Made by a program: the position numbers and the translations under genes. Source: Octopus vulgaris (Eukaryota). Taken from it: a stretch of DNA of 64,000 bases. This document shows positions 38,801 through 51,916 of this stretch, piece after piece. The first letter of the stretch is position 1. Every line of letters begins with the position of its first letter. The notes under the pieces are model-generated. The model was not told the DNA's origin, made no database searches, and saw only the letters and a program-made list of their open reading frames with translations. Location of the stretch: assembly GCA_951406725.2 (NCBI GenBank), contig OX597839.1:11284001-11348000 (forward strand), read 5' to 3'.

Positions 38801-39282
38801 ACGTCAAATGGCTATGAGGGTCCACCTGAGTAAAACGGGAATCAAAGGGGTTCTTAGGTAAAAAGTGGCCAAGAGCCTCTGCCATTGAGTCTTTACTGTT
38901 TGGTTCTAATAATTGTTTTAGTCACTGTTTCATCCAGTGTATCTTTGAGTAGATTGTGTAATGTGTCCTTCCACTTTTTAAGACAGTAGGTTTTGGTTTA
39001 AGGAGTCCTTGGAGGCTGCTGCTTTCTAAATCATGTGGTTGGGAAGCAATCTTCTTATTTCTTTACTGCCAACAAGGGGCTACACACAGACAGGGCAAAC
39101 AAGGACAGACAAACGGATTAAGTCGATTACATCAACCCCAGAGCGTAACAGGTAGTTAATTTATTGACATCAAAAGGATGAAAGGCAAAGTTGAAGATGC
39201 TTGCCCAAGTTACTTTTCAGTGGGACTGAACCTGGAACCATGTGGTTGGGAACAAGCTTCTTACCACACAGTCACACTTGCA

Positions 39283-39327
<45 letters not shown>

Positions 39328-39344
39328 ATGTGACCTTATGAGTA

Positions 39345-39537
39345 CCGCTGGCGATTTTTTTCCTCTGTCTTCCCTTCTCAGGATCTTTCCTTCTCCTATG
39401 TTTCCGACGAAGAGCTTCCCTCAAAACGTTAAACCTTCTTTCTTCCCTTCTTTCCTGAGCGTCCAATAATACTTTATTTGTTCCACGTCCTCGCGTTGCT
39501 GTTTTTTTTTTGTGTTTTCTTGTTTGAATTAACTATA
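39345..39537 (+). mobile_element. Family F copy with a mutated hammerhead core (39400-39434)
   Basis: Homologous to 2226-2414 and to the reverse complement of 57538-57902; GTTT-CCGACGA-AGAGC-TTC-CCTC-AAAA-CG-TT-AAAC. Confidence 0.8.
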
Positions 39538-39579
39538 TATATATATATATATACATATATGGGTATATGATGCATCTGG

Positions 39580-39795
39580 TGAATAACAGATGATTGAAGC
39601 AGTGTCAAGATATTTTAAGTAGAAGGAGAAGATCAACAAAAGACAGAGCGAGGTGTTAAAATCTGATCTGAACATGTTAAACCTCACAAGAGAGATAGCA
39701 AAAAAAAAAAATGCAACAAACAGTTAGGCTCTGTGTTGAACCTATCCCACATACAAGCATTAAAAAAGTGGCCATGGAAATGATGATGATGATAA
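39580..39795 (+). pseudogene. Decayed RTE-clade LINE 3' end
   Basis: Peptide SEVLKSDLNMLNLTREIAK resembles an RTE C-terminus; followed by a family-D-like tail and (GAT)n. Confidence 0.4.
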
Positions 39796-39997
39796 CAACT
39801 CTGTGTGTGCATGCATGCGTGTGACTTCATTGGAGTTAGTCTTGAGGGAATCTCTCATTTGTAATTTCTTTATCAAAGTTTGTTGATGGCAGAATTGGTG
39901 GTGGCAATGCTGAAAGAGTAGATGATGTGATTTTTTTTGTTGTGCAGACGTATGTGTGTTTTGTGTAGATATGTATGTTTTGTGTAGGTGTGTGTTG

Positions 39998-40435
39998 GGA
40001 TCTTTGCGGTTTGAACAGCAGTTTTTTCTAGCGGTGTCATATGAAATTGTCGCCCATAATTATGACCCTAGTATCGATCTATTGCATTTCAATCTGTTTT
40101 AGGCTTAGGGTTAGAGTTAGGGTTAGTTAGGGTTAGGGTTAGGGGTGGGTGAAGGGTATCTTTTTTTCTTCAGAAATGTAAATAAACCCAATCTGTTTCT
40201 TAAACGTGGGACATTTTCATATGGCACAGAATGTTTTCACCTCAGTAGACGTCATTGATTGGTTGAAATTGCAGAAATTGAAGAAAAAAAAACCCAACAA
40301 ATATCTTAGAATTTTCTCAATAAAGCCAAGAGAAAAAGATGTTTTATAAACACATTCTACCAGTATACGAAGTTTAAAGGTGTTTAGTTACATGGAAATT
40401 ATTTTTAAAAACTGCCGTTCAAACCGAAACGATCC
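39998..40435. mobile_element. Non-autonomous TIR DNA transposon with internal (TTAGGG)-like repeats
   Basis: ~29-bp imperfect TIRs ggatctttgcggtttgaacagcagttttt / aaaaactgccgttcaaaccgaaacgatcc; apparent 8-bp TSD gtgtgttg. Confidence 0.8.
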
Positions 40436-41620
40436 GTGTGTTGTGCAGATGTATGTGTGTTTTGTGTATGTTTTGTATAAGTGTGTGTTGTGCAGATGTA
40501 TGTGTTCTGTTCATGTGTGTAGATGTGTATGTTATGTACATGTATATGTTTTGTGTAGGTGTGTGTGTGTTATGCAGTGTGCATGTGTTGTGTAGAGTGT
40601 GTGTTATGCTGGTGTGTGCCTGTGTTATGCAGTGTGTATGTTAGTTAGTTAGTGTAGCTGTATGTTTGTTATATGTAAGCAACTATGCTGGAGGTCTTTT
40701 CCGTGTAGATATATCTCTAGCTGTGTAGATGCCTATGTTATGTAAACATTATTGCCATACAAACTATTTTTTAAAGCTTAATATGAGATCTATGTTCTGT
40801 AAGTGTGATTTCTAATATGGCAGCTATGTGAGGTCTTTGTTGTGTAAATACAATCTTAGTATGTGAGGTGGGTGTGTGTGTATATGTGGTTAACATGAAT
40901 CCCGATGGGTGTGTGGGTGTGTCGGGTGCTTGTCTGTGTAGTGTTTTGTGTTTGATCGTTTAGGTATTGTGTGACTGTATCATGTGTGTGTTGTTGTGTA
41001 AGTGATTCTTAAATGTTGCTATCTAATTTTACAATTTTTTGTTGTTGTTGCTGTTGTTTATAAGGTGATGGTGGTGGGGGGAATGTTTCTTTCTGTGTTT
41101 CGTGATGATGTTGTTGGTGGTGGCGGTGTTGTTGTTGTTGGAGGAGTGGACTGATGTTTGTCAGATGATTTAATGGGTGTATGTGTGTGTTTGTGTGTAT
41201 GTGTGTATTTAGTCAGGGCTATTCGTTAGTATTGTGTTTCTGAGGAGTTTCTAACACCCTCACAATCTGTAACACCTTGTTTACATACATATATATATAT
41301 ATATATACAGAGAGAGAGAGGGAGAATTTCTATATTTGTTTACTTTCTTCATTAGTTGCTTGTTTGATTTTAGGGCAGATACAACTGTTAACAAATCCAA
41401 TGGAGTTACACACGCACGCACACATACACACACATCATGTGTGTGTTGATTATATGTATGTATGTATGTATTCATGCTTTGCATGTCTCTCCTGTGTGAG
41501 TCTCTCCTGTGTGAGAGAAAGAGAGCAGTATGGACATTTTTCAAACTTGAGATTGAAAAGATGTTTTCTTATTTTTACACAGCGCATGTATGTTTGTGTA
41601 AATGAGTGTATGTATATGTT

Positions 41621-41671
<51 letters not shown>

Positions 41672-41825
41672 GTGCAGGTGTGTGTACATACATGTATGCA
41701 CATACATAGGTACATGTGTATGTATATGTTAAGTATGGGTAAGAAAGAGATAGGGTAAAAGAATGGGTTTGAACTGTATGGCTCCATCAAAATATGTTCT
41801 AGCAGTTCTGTCTGTCTGTCTCTCG

Positions 41826-41863
<38 letters not shown>

Positions 41864-42001
41864 TGACTGTAGGGATGTGTTTAATGTGTAGTTGTTATCA
41901 CCACGCAGTGCTGGATGTTGATTTTATTACCAAATACTTTTGGCACTTACTCAAAACAAACCACTTAGTGTTTACAGCCTGCAATGTTGATGATGATGGT
42001 G

Positions 42002-42033
<32 letters not shown>

Positions 42034-42599
42034 CAAACTATTCAGCTGTGTGTATTTGTGTGTGCTTTTTTGTGAGTGAGAGTGGAAGAATATTGGCCTG
42101 CAGAAGATGGAATTGCTACTGCTAGGGAGAGGTTATGGGTTCAAATTCTGCCAGAAGCAATCTTGTCTGGTTTTGATTTCAGCATGAGACGTGTCATGTG
42201 AGCCTGAGCAAGTCTATCAAGATAACAGATGCATCATTGCAACAATTAATTATTACCTCTGCCTTCAGCACTACAGCAGGGGAGAGTCTGTTTTAATTAG
42301 TGTGTTTAATTAGTGAGGTGGTGTTGATTGGATGCAGCATGGTTGAGTTGTTAAGAAGTGGCGTCTTAGGGAAATGTCATTTAATGCAACTCAAGCCTTT
42401 TGAATGAAATCATGTATATGGAAACTGTGTTGAAGCCCATTGGCTGGATTGTTCCTTATAGTTAACCCTTAAGTATTCAGATTACTCTGTCAAATGTGGT
42501 GCTTATTTATTCACATTGCTTTGAATTAATCGTACGTAATCTTGTAGATTTGTGAGTGGGTGCAAAAGGCCAGATCTGGCTAATTATGTTAAGGGTACA

Positions 42600-42997
42600 T
42601 GCAATAGTTGTGAGGTTACAGAGCAATAGTTGTGAGGTTATAGTGTGATAATTGTAAGATTACAATGCAATAGTTGTGCAATTACAGTGCAATAGTTGTG
42701 AGGTTATAATACAATAGTTGTGAGGTTACAGTGCAAGAGATTTTAGGTTACAGAGTAATGGTTGTGAGGTTTACAATGCAATAGTTGTGAGGTTACAGAG
42801 TAATGGTTGTGAGGTTTACAATGCAATAGTTGTGAGGTTACAGAGTAATAGTTGTGAGGTTACAGAGTAATAGTTGTGAGGTTACAGAGTAATAGTTGTG
42901 AGGTTATAGTATAATAATTTTAATGTTCATGATGCTGCAATTGTGAGGTTGTAATGCAGTGATTTTTGCGATTTAGGTGCAGCAGTTGTGAGGTTAA
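42600..42997. repeat. 22-bp minisatellite (AATAGTTGTGAGGTTACAGAGT)n
   Basis: Seen directly; homogeneous core at 42780-42905. Confidence 0.9.
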
Positions 42998-43457
42998 GGT
43001 GCCAACTTGGTCATCTGTACTTAAGAGCTTATGTAGCCATTGTGTATTCATTTGCTATTCAGAGCTATGTAGATGATACATGACACCGTTTTCTTTATTA
43101 ACAAAGCAGTTTCAAGCCTTGCTGCTGCTACGTCATGGTTCAGGAGTTACCAGTAGGAAGTTCAACCAACTGTGAAAACAATTGCTTTGCAAAAAAAAAA
43201 ATAAATGCATAAAATATAAAAAGATGAAAGCAGCACTCCATTGTATTGTATGAAAGAAAATATATGTAAAACAGCATGTGCATGTGTTCACATGCAAGTA
43301 CACACACACGCACAGATGCGCATGCACACACACATCTATACATCTGCACATCATATTTCACACATGCATCCACATGCTGCTCACATGTACCTGCTCACAC
43401 ATCTTCATCCACAAGCCTTATGTATACACACACACACATCCACAAGCCTCATGTATA

Positions 43458-43690
43458 CCTATTTCTTTATTGCCCACAAGGGGCTAAACATAGAGGGGAC
43501 AAACATGGACAGACATAGGTATTAAGTCGATTATATCGACCCCAGTGCGTAACTGGTACTTAATTTATCGAGCCCGAAAGGATGAAAGGCAAAGTCAACC
43601 TCGGCGGAATTTGAACTCAGAACGTAGCGGCAGACGAAATACCGCTAGGCATTTCACCCGGTGTGCTAACGATTCTGCCAGCTCACCACC
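43458..43690 (-). mobile_element. Full-length SINE family C
   Basis: 15-bp TSD cctcatgtataccta at 43447-43461 and 43689-43703. Confidence 0.9.
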
Positions 43691-44632
43691 TCATGTATAC
43701 CTACACACACACACACACACACACACACATCCACATACTGCTGATTGTACATACGCACACACATAAGCTGGCAACATACATGTACATACACATACATCCA
43801 CAGACCACTCATGTACATCCACATGCTATTCACATGTGGGCACACACACACACATCTACATGTTGCTCACGTACATACACACACCCATAAACCACTGATG
43901 TATTCACATACACCAAAGTAAACACGCACACACATCTATGCTGCAACATATTTCAATATACACACACACACATACACACACACTCATCCATGCAACAATC
44001 ATGCTTACATCTACACATCACCACACACACACGCACTCATATTTATACACATGCCTTGTCCACACAAGTCATACGCGCATGTGTACACACACACACACTG
44101 GCACAGTTGCACACATACACATGTGCAGCATGGCTGCGAAAAACATCAATAATTCCATTAAATACAAACTTAAAAGTTAAGACTTAATACATAATATGTA
44201 AACTTATTGATTTTTAAAATGTCTAACACATGTTTTAATAAATAATAGTTTATAATTTCTGAATTTTAATAGGTTCTTTTTAAACACCAAGTTATTTTAT
44301 TGTCTCAGTAGAGGGCAATAAATTTTGAGTTTAGGTTGGTATCAGAGTTATGTTGCAGTAATGTCTGTGTCAAATATTTTATACACACACACACATGCAC
44401 ATACTTATATCTCATGATCGACACACACACACGCACACACACATACATATATATATTTATTTATCAAAAGAAACACACACACACATATCACCAATAAAAA
44501 AAAATAAATATATACATACATACTTACATACATACTGTTTATCGCCACTTCAATATAGCTGTTTTGTAGTAGAGTTACTACTTTCATCTCTTAGAGAGAT
44601 TTATAACTAGCTACTTTGCTTTATATATATAT

Positions 44633-44931
44633 GTGGAGGCGCAATGGCCTAGTGGTTAGGGCAGCGGACTCGCGGTCGCAGGAGCGCGGTTTCGATTCCC
44701 AGACCGGGCGTTGTGAGTGTTTATTGACCAAAAACACCTAAAAGCTCTACGAGGCTCCAGCAGGGGGTGGTGATTCCTGCTGTACTCTTTCACCACTCTT
44801 TCTCCCACTCTTTCTTCTGTTGGCCTGCTCGCTTAGCCAGCGGGGTGGCGTCATTCGAAGGCTAAAACAATGCGAACGCATTGTGACCAGCGATGTGTAA
44901 CAATATCTGATGGTTTGGTCGGTCACGTGAT

Positions 44932-44940
<9 letters not shown>
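44633..44940 (+). mobile_element. SINE family B, body type 1 (tRNA-Arg(TCG)-like head)
   Basis: ggaggcgcaatggcctagtggttagggcagcggacTCGcggtc...ggtttcgattccc; sits in (TA)n. Confidence 0.9.
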
Positions 44941-44973
<33 letters not shown>

Positions 44974-44984
44974 ATTATTATTAT

Positions 44985-45198
44985 TTTATTTGTTTGTCAT
45001 TTGACTGCGGCCATGCTGGAGCACTGCCTTTAGCCGAACAAATCGACCCCAGCACTCATTCTTTGTGAGCCTAGTACTTATCCTATCAGTCTCTTTTGCT
45101 GAACCGCTAAGACACAGGGATGTAAACACCAATATCGGTTGTCAAGTGATGACCCGGGGGGTGGGGGGCAAACACACATACACACACATGTGTATGTA

Positions 45199-45232
<34 letters not shown>

Positions 45233-45405
45233 CATACACACACGACATACTTCTTCTAGTTTCCGTCTACCAAATCCACTCACAAGGCTTTGGTTGGCCT
45301 GAGGCTACAGTAGAAGATATTGGCCCAAAGTGCCATGCAGTGGGACTGAACCCAGAACCACGTGGTTGGTTAGCAAGTTACTCATCACACAGCCATGTCT
45401 GCGCC
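44985..45405 (-). mobile_element. SINE family A
   Basis: Reverse-complement match over the full length. Confidence 0.85.
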
Positions 45406-46156
45406 TATGTATATATATATATGTATATATATATCATCATTATCAATACATACTCGCACAAAATATGGACAGATGAAGTAGATCCACGCAGTCAGTGACA
45501 TTGTTTCGATATGCATGGACCTGTGATGTGTTCATATTATTTTTTAATGCTGTATGTATGTGAGAGAAAAAGAGAGCAGGGTGGATAGAGAGGGATTGCT
45601 TCAATATGTACATCTCTTATCAGTTAAACACAATCTGTTAATATTGTATGCATGTAAGTATATACAAATATAGCAGGACACTAATGAGGTGAAGTACAAG
45701 ATTGCGTAATGTTTCGGCATCTCTTATCAGTGGAACTAGTCTGTTAATGCTGTATGTGTGTGCGTGTTTGTTATATTGTTTCAGTTTTTAGGCTGCAGCC
45801 ATGCTAGGGTACAGCCTTGAAGGGTTTGGCCAAACAAATTGATCCGACTCCTTATTTTTAAGCCTGGTACTTATTCTGTTGGACCCTTTTTGTCAAACTG
45901 ATAAGTGGACATGAACAAACCAGCACTGATTATCAAGCAGTGATGGTGGAAGAAAAGCAAAGACAACACACTCACACACACATGATAAGCTTGTTTCAGT
46001 TCCCATCTACCACATGCACTCACAAGTCATCAGCCGACCTGGGGCTATAGTAGAAAACATTTATCCGAGGTGCCATGCAGTAGGACTGAATTCAAGTGGT
46101 TGGGTAGCAAATTTCATACCACACAGCCACATCTGCACCTATAAATATATATATTC

Positions 46157-46413
46157 CATGCCGGTGGCACGTAAAAAGTACCAATCTGATCGTGGTCGTT
46201 GCCAGCTCCGCCTGGCACCTGTGCTGGTGGCACGTAAAAAGCACCCACTACACTCATGGAGTGGTTGGCGTTAGGAAGGGCATCCAGCTGTAGAAACACT
46301 GCCAGATCAGACTGGAGCCTGGTGCAGCCTCCATGGCTTACCAGACCGCGGTCGAACCGTCCAACCCATGCTAGCATGGAGAACGGACGTTAAACGATGA
46401 TGATGATGATGAT
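46157..46413 (+). mobile_element. Repeat family D
   Basis: Same body as 16970-17270, with a (GAT)n tail. Confidence 0.85.
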
Positions 46414-46430
46414 ATATATATATATATATA

Positions 46431-46745
46431 TCACTGTGATCGCCATGACCGACCAGGCTATCAGATGTTGCTACACATCGCTGGTCACAATGCGCTTCGC
46501 ATTGTTTTAGCCTTCAAATGATGCCATCCCGCTGGCTAAGCGAGCAGGCCAACAGAAGAAAGAGTGAGAGAAAGTTGTGGTGAAAGAGTACAGAAGTGAG
46601 CGTCACAACCCCCTGCCAGAGCCTCGTAGAGCTTTTTAGGTGTTTTCGCTCAATAAACACTCACAACACCTGGTCTGGGAAACGAAACCGCGATCCTACG
46701 ACCGCCAGTCCGCTGCCATAACCACTGGGCCATTGCGCCTTCACA
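46431..46745 (-). mobile_element. SINE family B, body type 1
   Basis: Reverse complement of 35867-36170 and 44633-44940. Confidence 0.9.
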
Positions 46746-46858
46746 CACAAATATATATAAATATATATATATATGTAGGTCCTGGGTTGAGTCGGGGTTA
46801 ACCACAGTAAATAAGGTACTCAATACATAGCAGAGTAAATTAATTTATTATATAGAAG

Positions 46859-46905
46859 GAGCTTCTACAGGACTAGAACTGTTTCATTCAAAAGAAATCA
46901 TCAGG

Positions 46906-46911
<6 letters not shown>
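46859..46911 (-). ncRNA. Type I hammerhead ribozyme (near-canonical)
   Basis: Minus strand GAGCTTC-CTGATGA-tTTC-tttt-GAAt-GAAA-CAG-ttctagtc-CTG-TA-GAAGCTC: perfect 7-bp stem I, intact core, 4-bp stem III, GUA triplet. Confidence 0.85.
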
Positions 46912-47002
<91 letters not shown>

Positions 47003-47411
47003 ATTGGTTTGGTGTATGGTGCAAGATTGTACATAGGATGAATGTTATTGTTAAAGTTGTTGTCTAGTCCAAATCCGTTGTGATTTCATAGCTATGACAT
47101 CTACATAGTAGGCTAACTGGGTGGTGGCATCTACAAATCTCTAGGTGTTAATAACTTACACAAGCATAGCTTATTTCTGTAGTTCCTTTTATGTGAATGT
47201 GTATTTAGTTGATATGATTAGTTAATACAACCAGTTAATATTGGCAGTTTATCAGCAATAAAAGTGAATTTCTGTGCATATGTGTGGTGAGTTTAGTGTT
47301 GTGGAAAGGATATTGATTGCACCTGAACATCAACAGTCTTTGTTGTCTGTTATAGATGGTCTGAGTATTTGCGCCTGGGAAGCTCTTCTCCGAAATGCAG
47401 GTTTATGCGAG

Positions 47412-47445
<34 letters not shown>

Positions 47446-47644
47446 TGTTAAAACAACGAGCTGGCAGACTCGTTAGCACACCGGGGAAAATACTTATTGG
47501 TATTTCATCTGTCTTTACATTCTGAGTTCAAATTCTGCAGAGGTTGACTTTGTCTTTCATCCTTTCGAGGTCGATGAAATAAGTACCAGTTACGCACTGG
47601 GGCCAATGTAAGTGACTAGTCCCCACTCCTTATAGTAGAAAGGA

Positions 47645-47675
<31 letters not shown>

Positions 47676-47989
47676 ATGACACCCATCAACACCAGTTGTC
47701 AAGTGATAGTGGGCGACAAACACAGACTCAAACACACACATAAATGATGGTGGGCTTCTTTCAGTTTCCATCTACCAAATCCACTCACAATACTTTGGTT
47801 GGCTTGAGGCTATAGTAGAAGACACTTGCCTAAGGTGGGAGTGAACCCAGAACCATGTAGTTGAGAAGCAAACTTCTTAGTACACAGCCTTGCCTGAGCC
47901 TCATGGGAATGATTTAGTCACCAAACACTACAATTATTGGTTTATGACTCTGAGTTCCCTCTTCTTTTGTTCTACTACTCCTACTCTCT

Positions 47990-48197
47990 CTTTTACTCTT
48001 TTACTTGTTTCAGTCATTTGACTGCGGCCATGCTGGAGCACCGCCTTTAGTCAAGCAAATCAACCCCGGGACTTATTCTTTGTAAGCCCAGTACTTATTC
48101 TATTGGTCTCTTTTGCCGAACCGCTAAGTGACGGGGACGTAAACACACCAGCATCGGTTGTCAAGCAATGCTAGGGGGACAAACACAGACACACAAA

Positions 48198-48258
<61 letters not shown>

Positions 48259-48421
48259 TACGACAGGCTTCTTTCAGTTTCCGTCTACCAAATCCACTCA
48301 CAAAGCATTGGTCGGCCCGGGGCTATAGTAGAAGACACTTGCCCAAGATGCCATGCAGTGGGACTGAACCCGGAACCATGTGGTTGGTTAGCAAGCTACT
48401 TACCACACAGCCACTCCTGCA
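47990..48421 (-). mobile_element. Full-length, low-divergence SINE family A
   Basis: CpGs retained; near-identical in reverse to 51150-51560. Confidence 0.9.
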
Positions 48422-48822
48422 CGCTACTGAACCATCAACAACATCTGCTCCTATGAAGTAACTAGTTGCATACTGTCCACCCCACCCCACACCCACCCCA
48501 GCCAGACACATGTGATGCTGTGCTTTACAATTAATTAATCACCATGCCCAGTTCTCAGCCACACACACACACACACACAACATCAGCCCTCTGGAAATAA
48601 CCTCCTACTCATGGTTTTTATCTACTGATATGGACCTAGAGTTGTTCAAAAGTAAACCTCATCAATATGAACGTTAATCTGTCCTGGAGAGCACGCAAAG
48701 GTGACAGACACTGCCTCCTGACTAAACCTTTCAATTAAAATAAAAGGAGAACAGATAGCCAGCCTTATGATATGATGATATATATTTGACAAATTGCTTA
48801 TAAAATTGAGTAGGCACCCCCT

Positions 48823-48848
48823 TCTCTCTCTCTCTATGTATATGTATG

Positions 48849-48944
<96 letters not shown>

Positions 48945-49044
48945 CATATATATATGTATACATATATATATATATATGTATACATATATATATATAAAAT
49001 ATATGTATACATATATATATATACATATATACATATATGTATAC

Positions 49045-49077
<33 letters not shown>

Positions 49078-49106
49078 CACACACACATATATATACATAT
49101 ATATAT

Positions 49107-49160
<54 letters not shown>
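48823..49160. repeat. (TC)n(TA)n(CA)n microsatellite
   Basis: Seen directly. Confidence 0.95.
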
Positions 49161-49161
<1 letters not shown>

Positions 49162-50104
49162 ATAATGCCAACAGCTCAGATCTGAATATGGTCCAGCTGT
49201 TACCGAATACTTGAAATTCCTTAGCTCCAAGCGCATCATTTCCCAGCCATTTTCACCAGCAACTTTACTGGGTTTTGATTTGTGACTATAAAAGCTTTAA
49301 ATGAAATCTGTTAACAATCGTTGGCATTTGTGAGTTTAAGCAGATGAGCATCTAGAAAGAGAATCCATGGTGTGTGTGTGTGTATCTTTTATTGTTTATC
49401 TTTCACTTATTTCAATCATTGGACAGCAGCCATTCTGGAGCATCACCTTGAAGGGATTAGTTAGACAAGTTGATCCCAGCTCTTATTTGTTTGGTCCCTT
49501 TTTGCCAGACTGCTAAGTTATGAGGACATAAAGAAACCTACACCAGTTTGTGAAGCTGTGGTGAAGGATAAACCCATCCACAATGGTATGCCCCCCCCCC
49601 CCACACACATGCACACATACATGCAATATGCATAAATATATATATATAAATGCAGGTGTGGCAAGAAGCTTGTTTCTCAACCACATGGTTCTGGGTTCAG
49701 TCCCACTGCACGGCATCTTGGGCATGTATCTTCTACTGCAGGCTGACCAAATTTCTGTGAGTGGATTTGGTAAACAGAAAATGGAAAGGGGTCTATTGTG
49801 TGTATGTATGTGTGTGTCTTCATGTCTGTGTTTGTTCCCCTGCTACCACTTGACAATCAGTGCTGGTTTGTTTACATCCCTGTAACTTAGCAGTTCAGCA
49901 AAAGAAACTGATAGAATAAATAACAAGCTTTAAAACGAATAAGTACTGGGGTCAAGTTGTTCAAACTAAACTCTTCCGGGCAGTGACCCAACATGACTGA
50001 AACAAGAAAAAGATAAAAGATATAATATAAACACACGTACACAACAGATTTCTTTTCACTCACAAAGCTTTGGTCAGCTCAAGACTATAATAAAAAACAC
50101 TTTA

Positions 50105-50543
50105 TTGCAAAACCAGTCCACTCAAAAGTACCTTGGATCATAGGGTGACATGCCGTCATTGAGGAGACCTTTTGAGTCAAGTACATCAACATCAAAATCA
50201 AATAGAAATTGTAGTTGTGATCCTCGTGCCGGTGGCATGTAAAATCACTGTCTGAACATGGCCAATACCAGCGCTGCCTTGACTGGCTTCCGTGCTGGTG
50301 GCACATAAAAAGCACCAACCAGTCGTGGTCATTGCCAGCCCCCTCTGGCCCCTGTGCCGGTAGCACGTAAAAAGCAGCCACTACACTCTCAGAGTGATTA
50401 GCATTAGGAAGGGCATCAAGCTGTAGAAACACTGCCAGATCAAACTGGAGCCTGGTGTAGCCTCCTAGTTTCCCAGACCCCAGTTGAACCGTCCGACCCA
50501 TGCCAGCATCGAAAACGGATGTTAAACGATGATGATGATGATG
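50105..50543 (+). mobile_element. Longer family D copy nested in a family A SINE
   Basis: Family A sequence on both sides (...ctataataaaaaacac | gacttgcccaaggtgcc...); (GAT)n tail. Confidence 0.75.
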
Positions 50544-51149
50544 ACTTGCCCAAGGTGCCATGCAGTGAGACTGATCTTCAAACCATCTGGTTGGAAGCAA
50601 ACTTCTTACCGCACAGCAGTGTGTGTTTGTGTGTGTGCATGTGCATGCGTGTGTGCTTAGTTTGAGATTACTATTTCAAAGTTAGTTTAAAAAATAAAAC
50701 AAAACATTTACTGATGGTGGGATTCAATACTGGGTGTAGACTGAAATGTATTGTCCTAGTCAACTTGAGTATTATATTTATTTGTGTATGTGTGTGCATA
50801 TATAACAAATTCTCACTGTAGATGATATACTACACACACACACACACACACGCACACATACATACATCCACTCATACACACATATATACATACATCCACA
50901 CATATATACATACATCCGCTCATACATTTACATATGCACAATTTACACATTGTATACACATAAACATAGAAACACACATAGTAAAATGTCTATTTACATA
51001 AAACTCTCACACTCGTGTATTAATTTGCACTTGTAATCTAAATATATTTAATTGCTTAATGGATAAAAGCCACACACACACAAACATACACACACACACA
51101 TATACACATACACAAACATACTAGCTTACTAAGTATAGTGTGCAAACAC

Positions 51150-51560
51150 ATACAGGAATGGTTATGTGGTAAGTAGCTTGCTAACCAACCACATGGTTCC
51201 GGGTTCAGTCCCACTGCGTGGAATCTTGGGCAAGTGTCTTCTGCTATAGCCCCGGGCCGACCAATGCCTTGTGAGTGGATTTGGTAGACGGAAACTGAAA
51301 GAAGCCTGTCGTATATATATATATATATATATATGGGGGGGGGGTCTGTGTTTGTCCCCCTAGCATTGCTTGACAACCGATGCTGGTGTGTTTACGTCCC
51401 AGTCACTTAGCGGTCGGTTCGGCAAAAGAGACCGATAGAATAAGTACTGGGCTTAAAAAGAATAAGTCCCAGGGTCGATTTGATCGACTAAAGGCGGTGC
51501 TCCAGCATGGCCGCAGTCAAGTGACTGAAACAAGTAATAGAGTAAAGAGAGAGTAAGAGT
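51150..51560 (+). mobile_element. Full-length SINE family A
   Basis: Head, CORE-like motif, (TA)n and (gtaaaga)-type tail present. Confidence 0.9.
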
Positions 51561-51916
51561 ACATATGCACAAGCCAGTTATAGATGATAATAGCAGCTTC
51601 TCCAAAGACACTCACCATCCCTTACTCATCTTCCCCCCCCCCCCTATTAAGCGCTATTTATCATTGTCACTGTCACATGTAATTTGTCCTGTTATTAAGA
51701 AAGGCATATTGTTATGTAGCCCTACAGTGTATATCTGCCATAATCCTGCTCTATTCACCAGTTGTATCCTAATAAGTCTTCCCTATCACTTTCACAATAT
51801 GATAAAGTTCTTCCTTTGACATTTCAGCTGTATTCCAGCTTACAGCATGTCATACTGCCTGTTCTTCTCCTTTGTAACTATCCATCCCCACCTACTAAAT
51901 AAGTAGCAAGGGTATA

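Noticed and set aside
42600-42997. CRISPR-like array
   Set aside because: Contiguous tandem units without unique spacers, in eukaryotic DNA with no cas genes; the same holds for 55661-55875.
44633-44710. tRNA gene
   Set aside because: tRNA-like SINE head running straight into the SINE body; no complete acceptor stem or oligo-T terminator. The same applies to the other family A, B and H heads.
45705-45736. Minus-strand CTGATAAGAGATGCCGAAACATTA hammerhead-like string
   Set aside because: G8 is replaced and neither stem I nor stem II forms; at best a relic.
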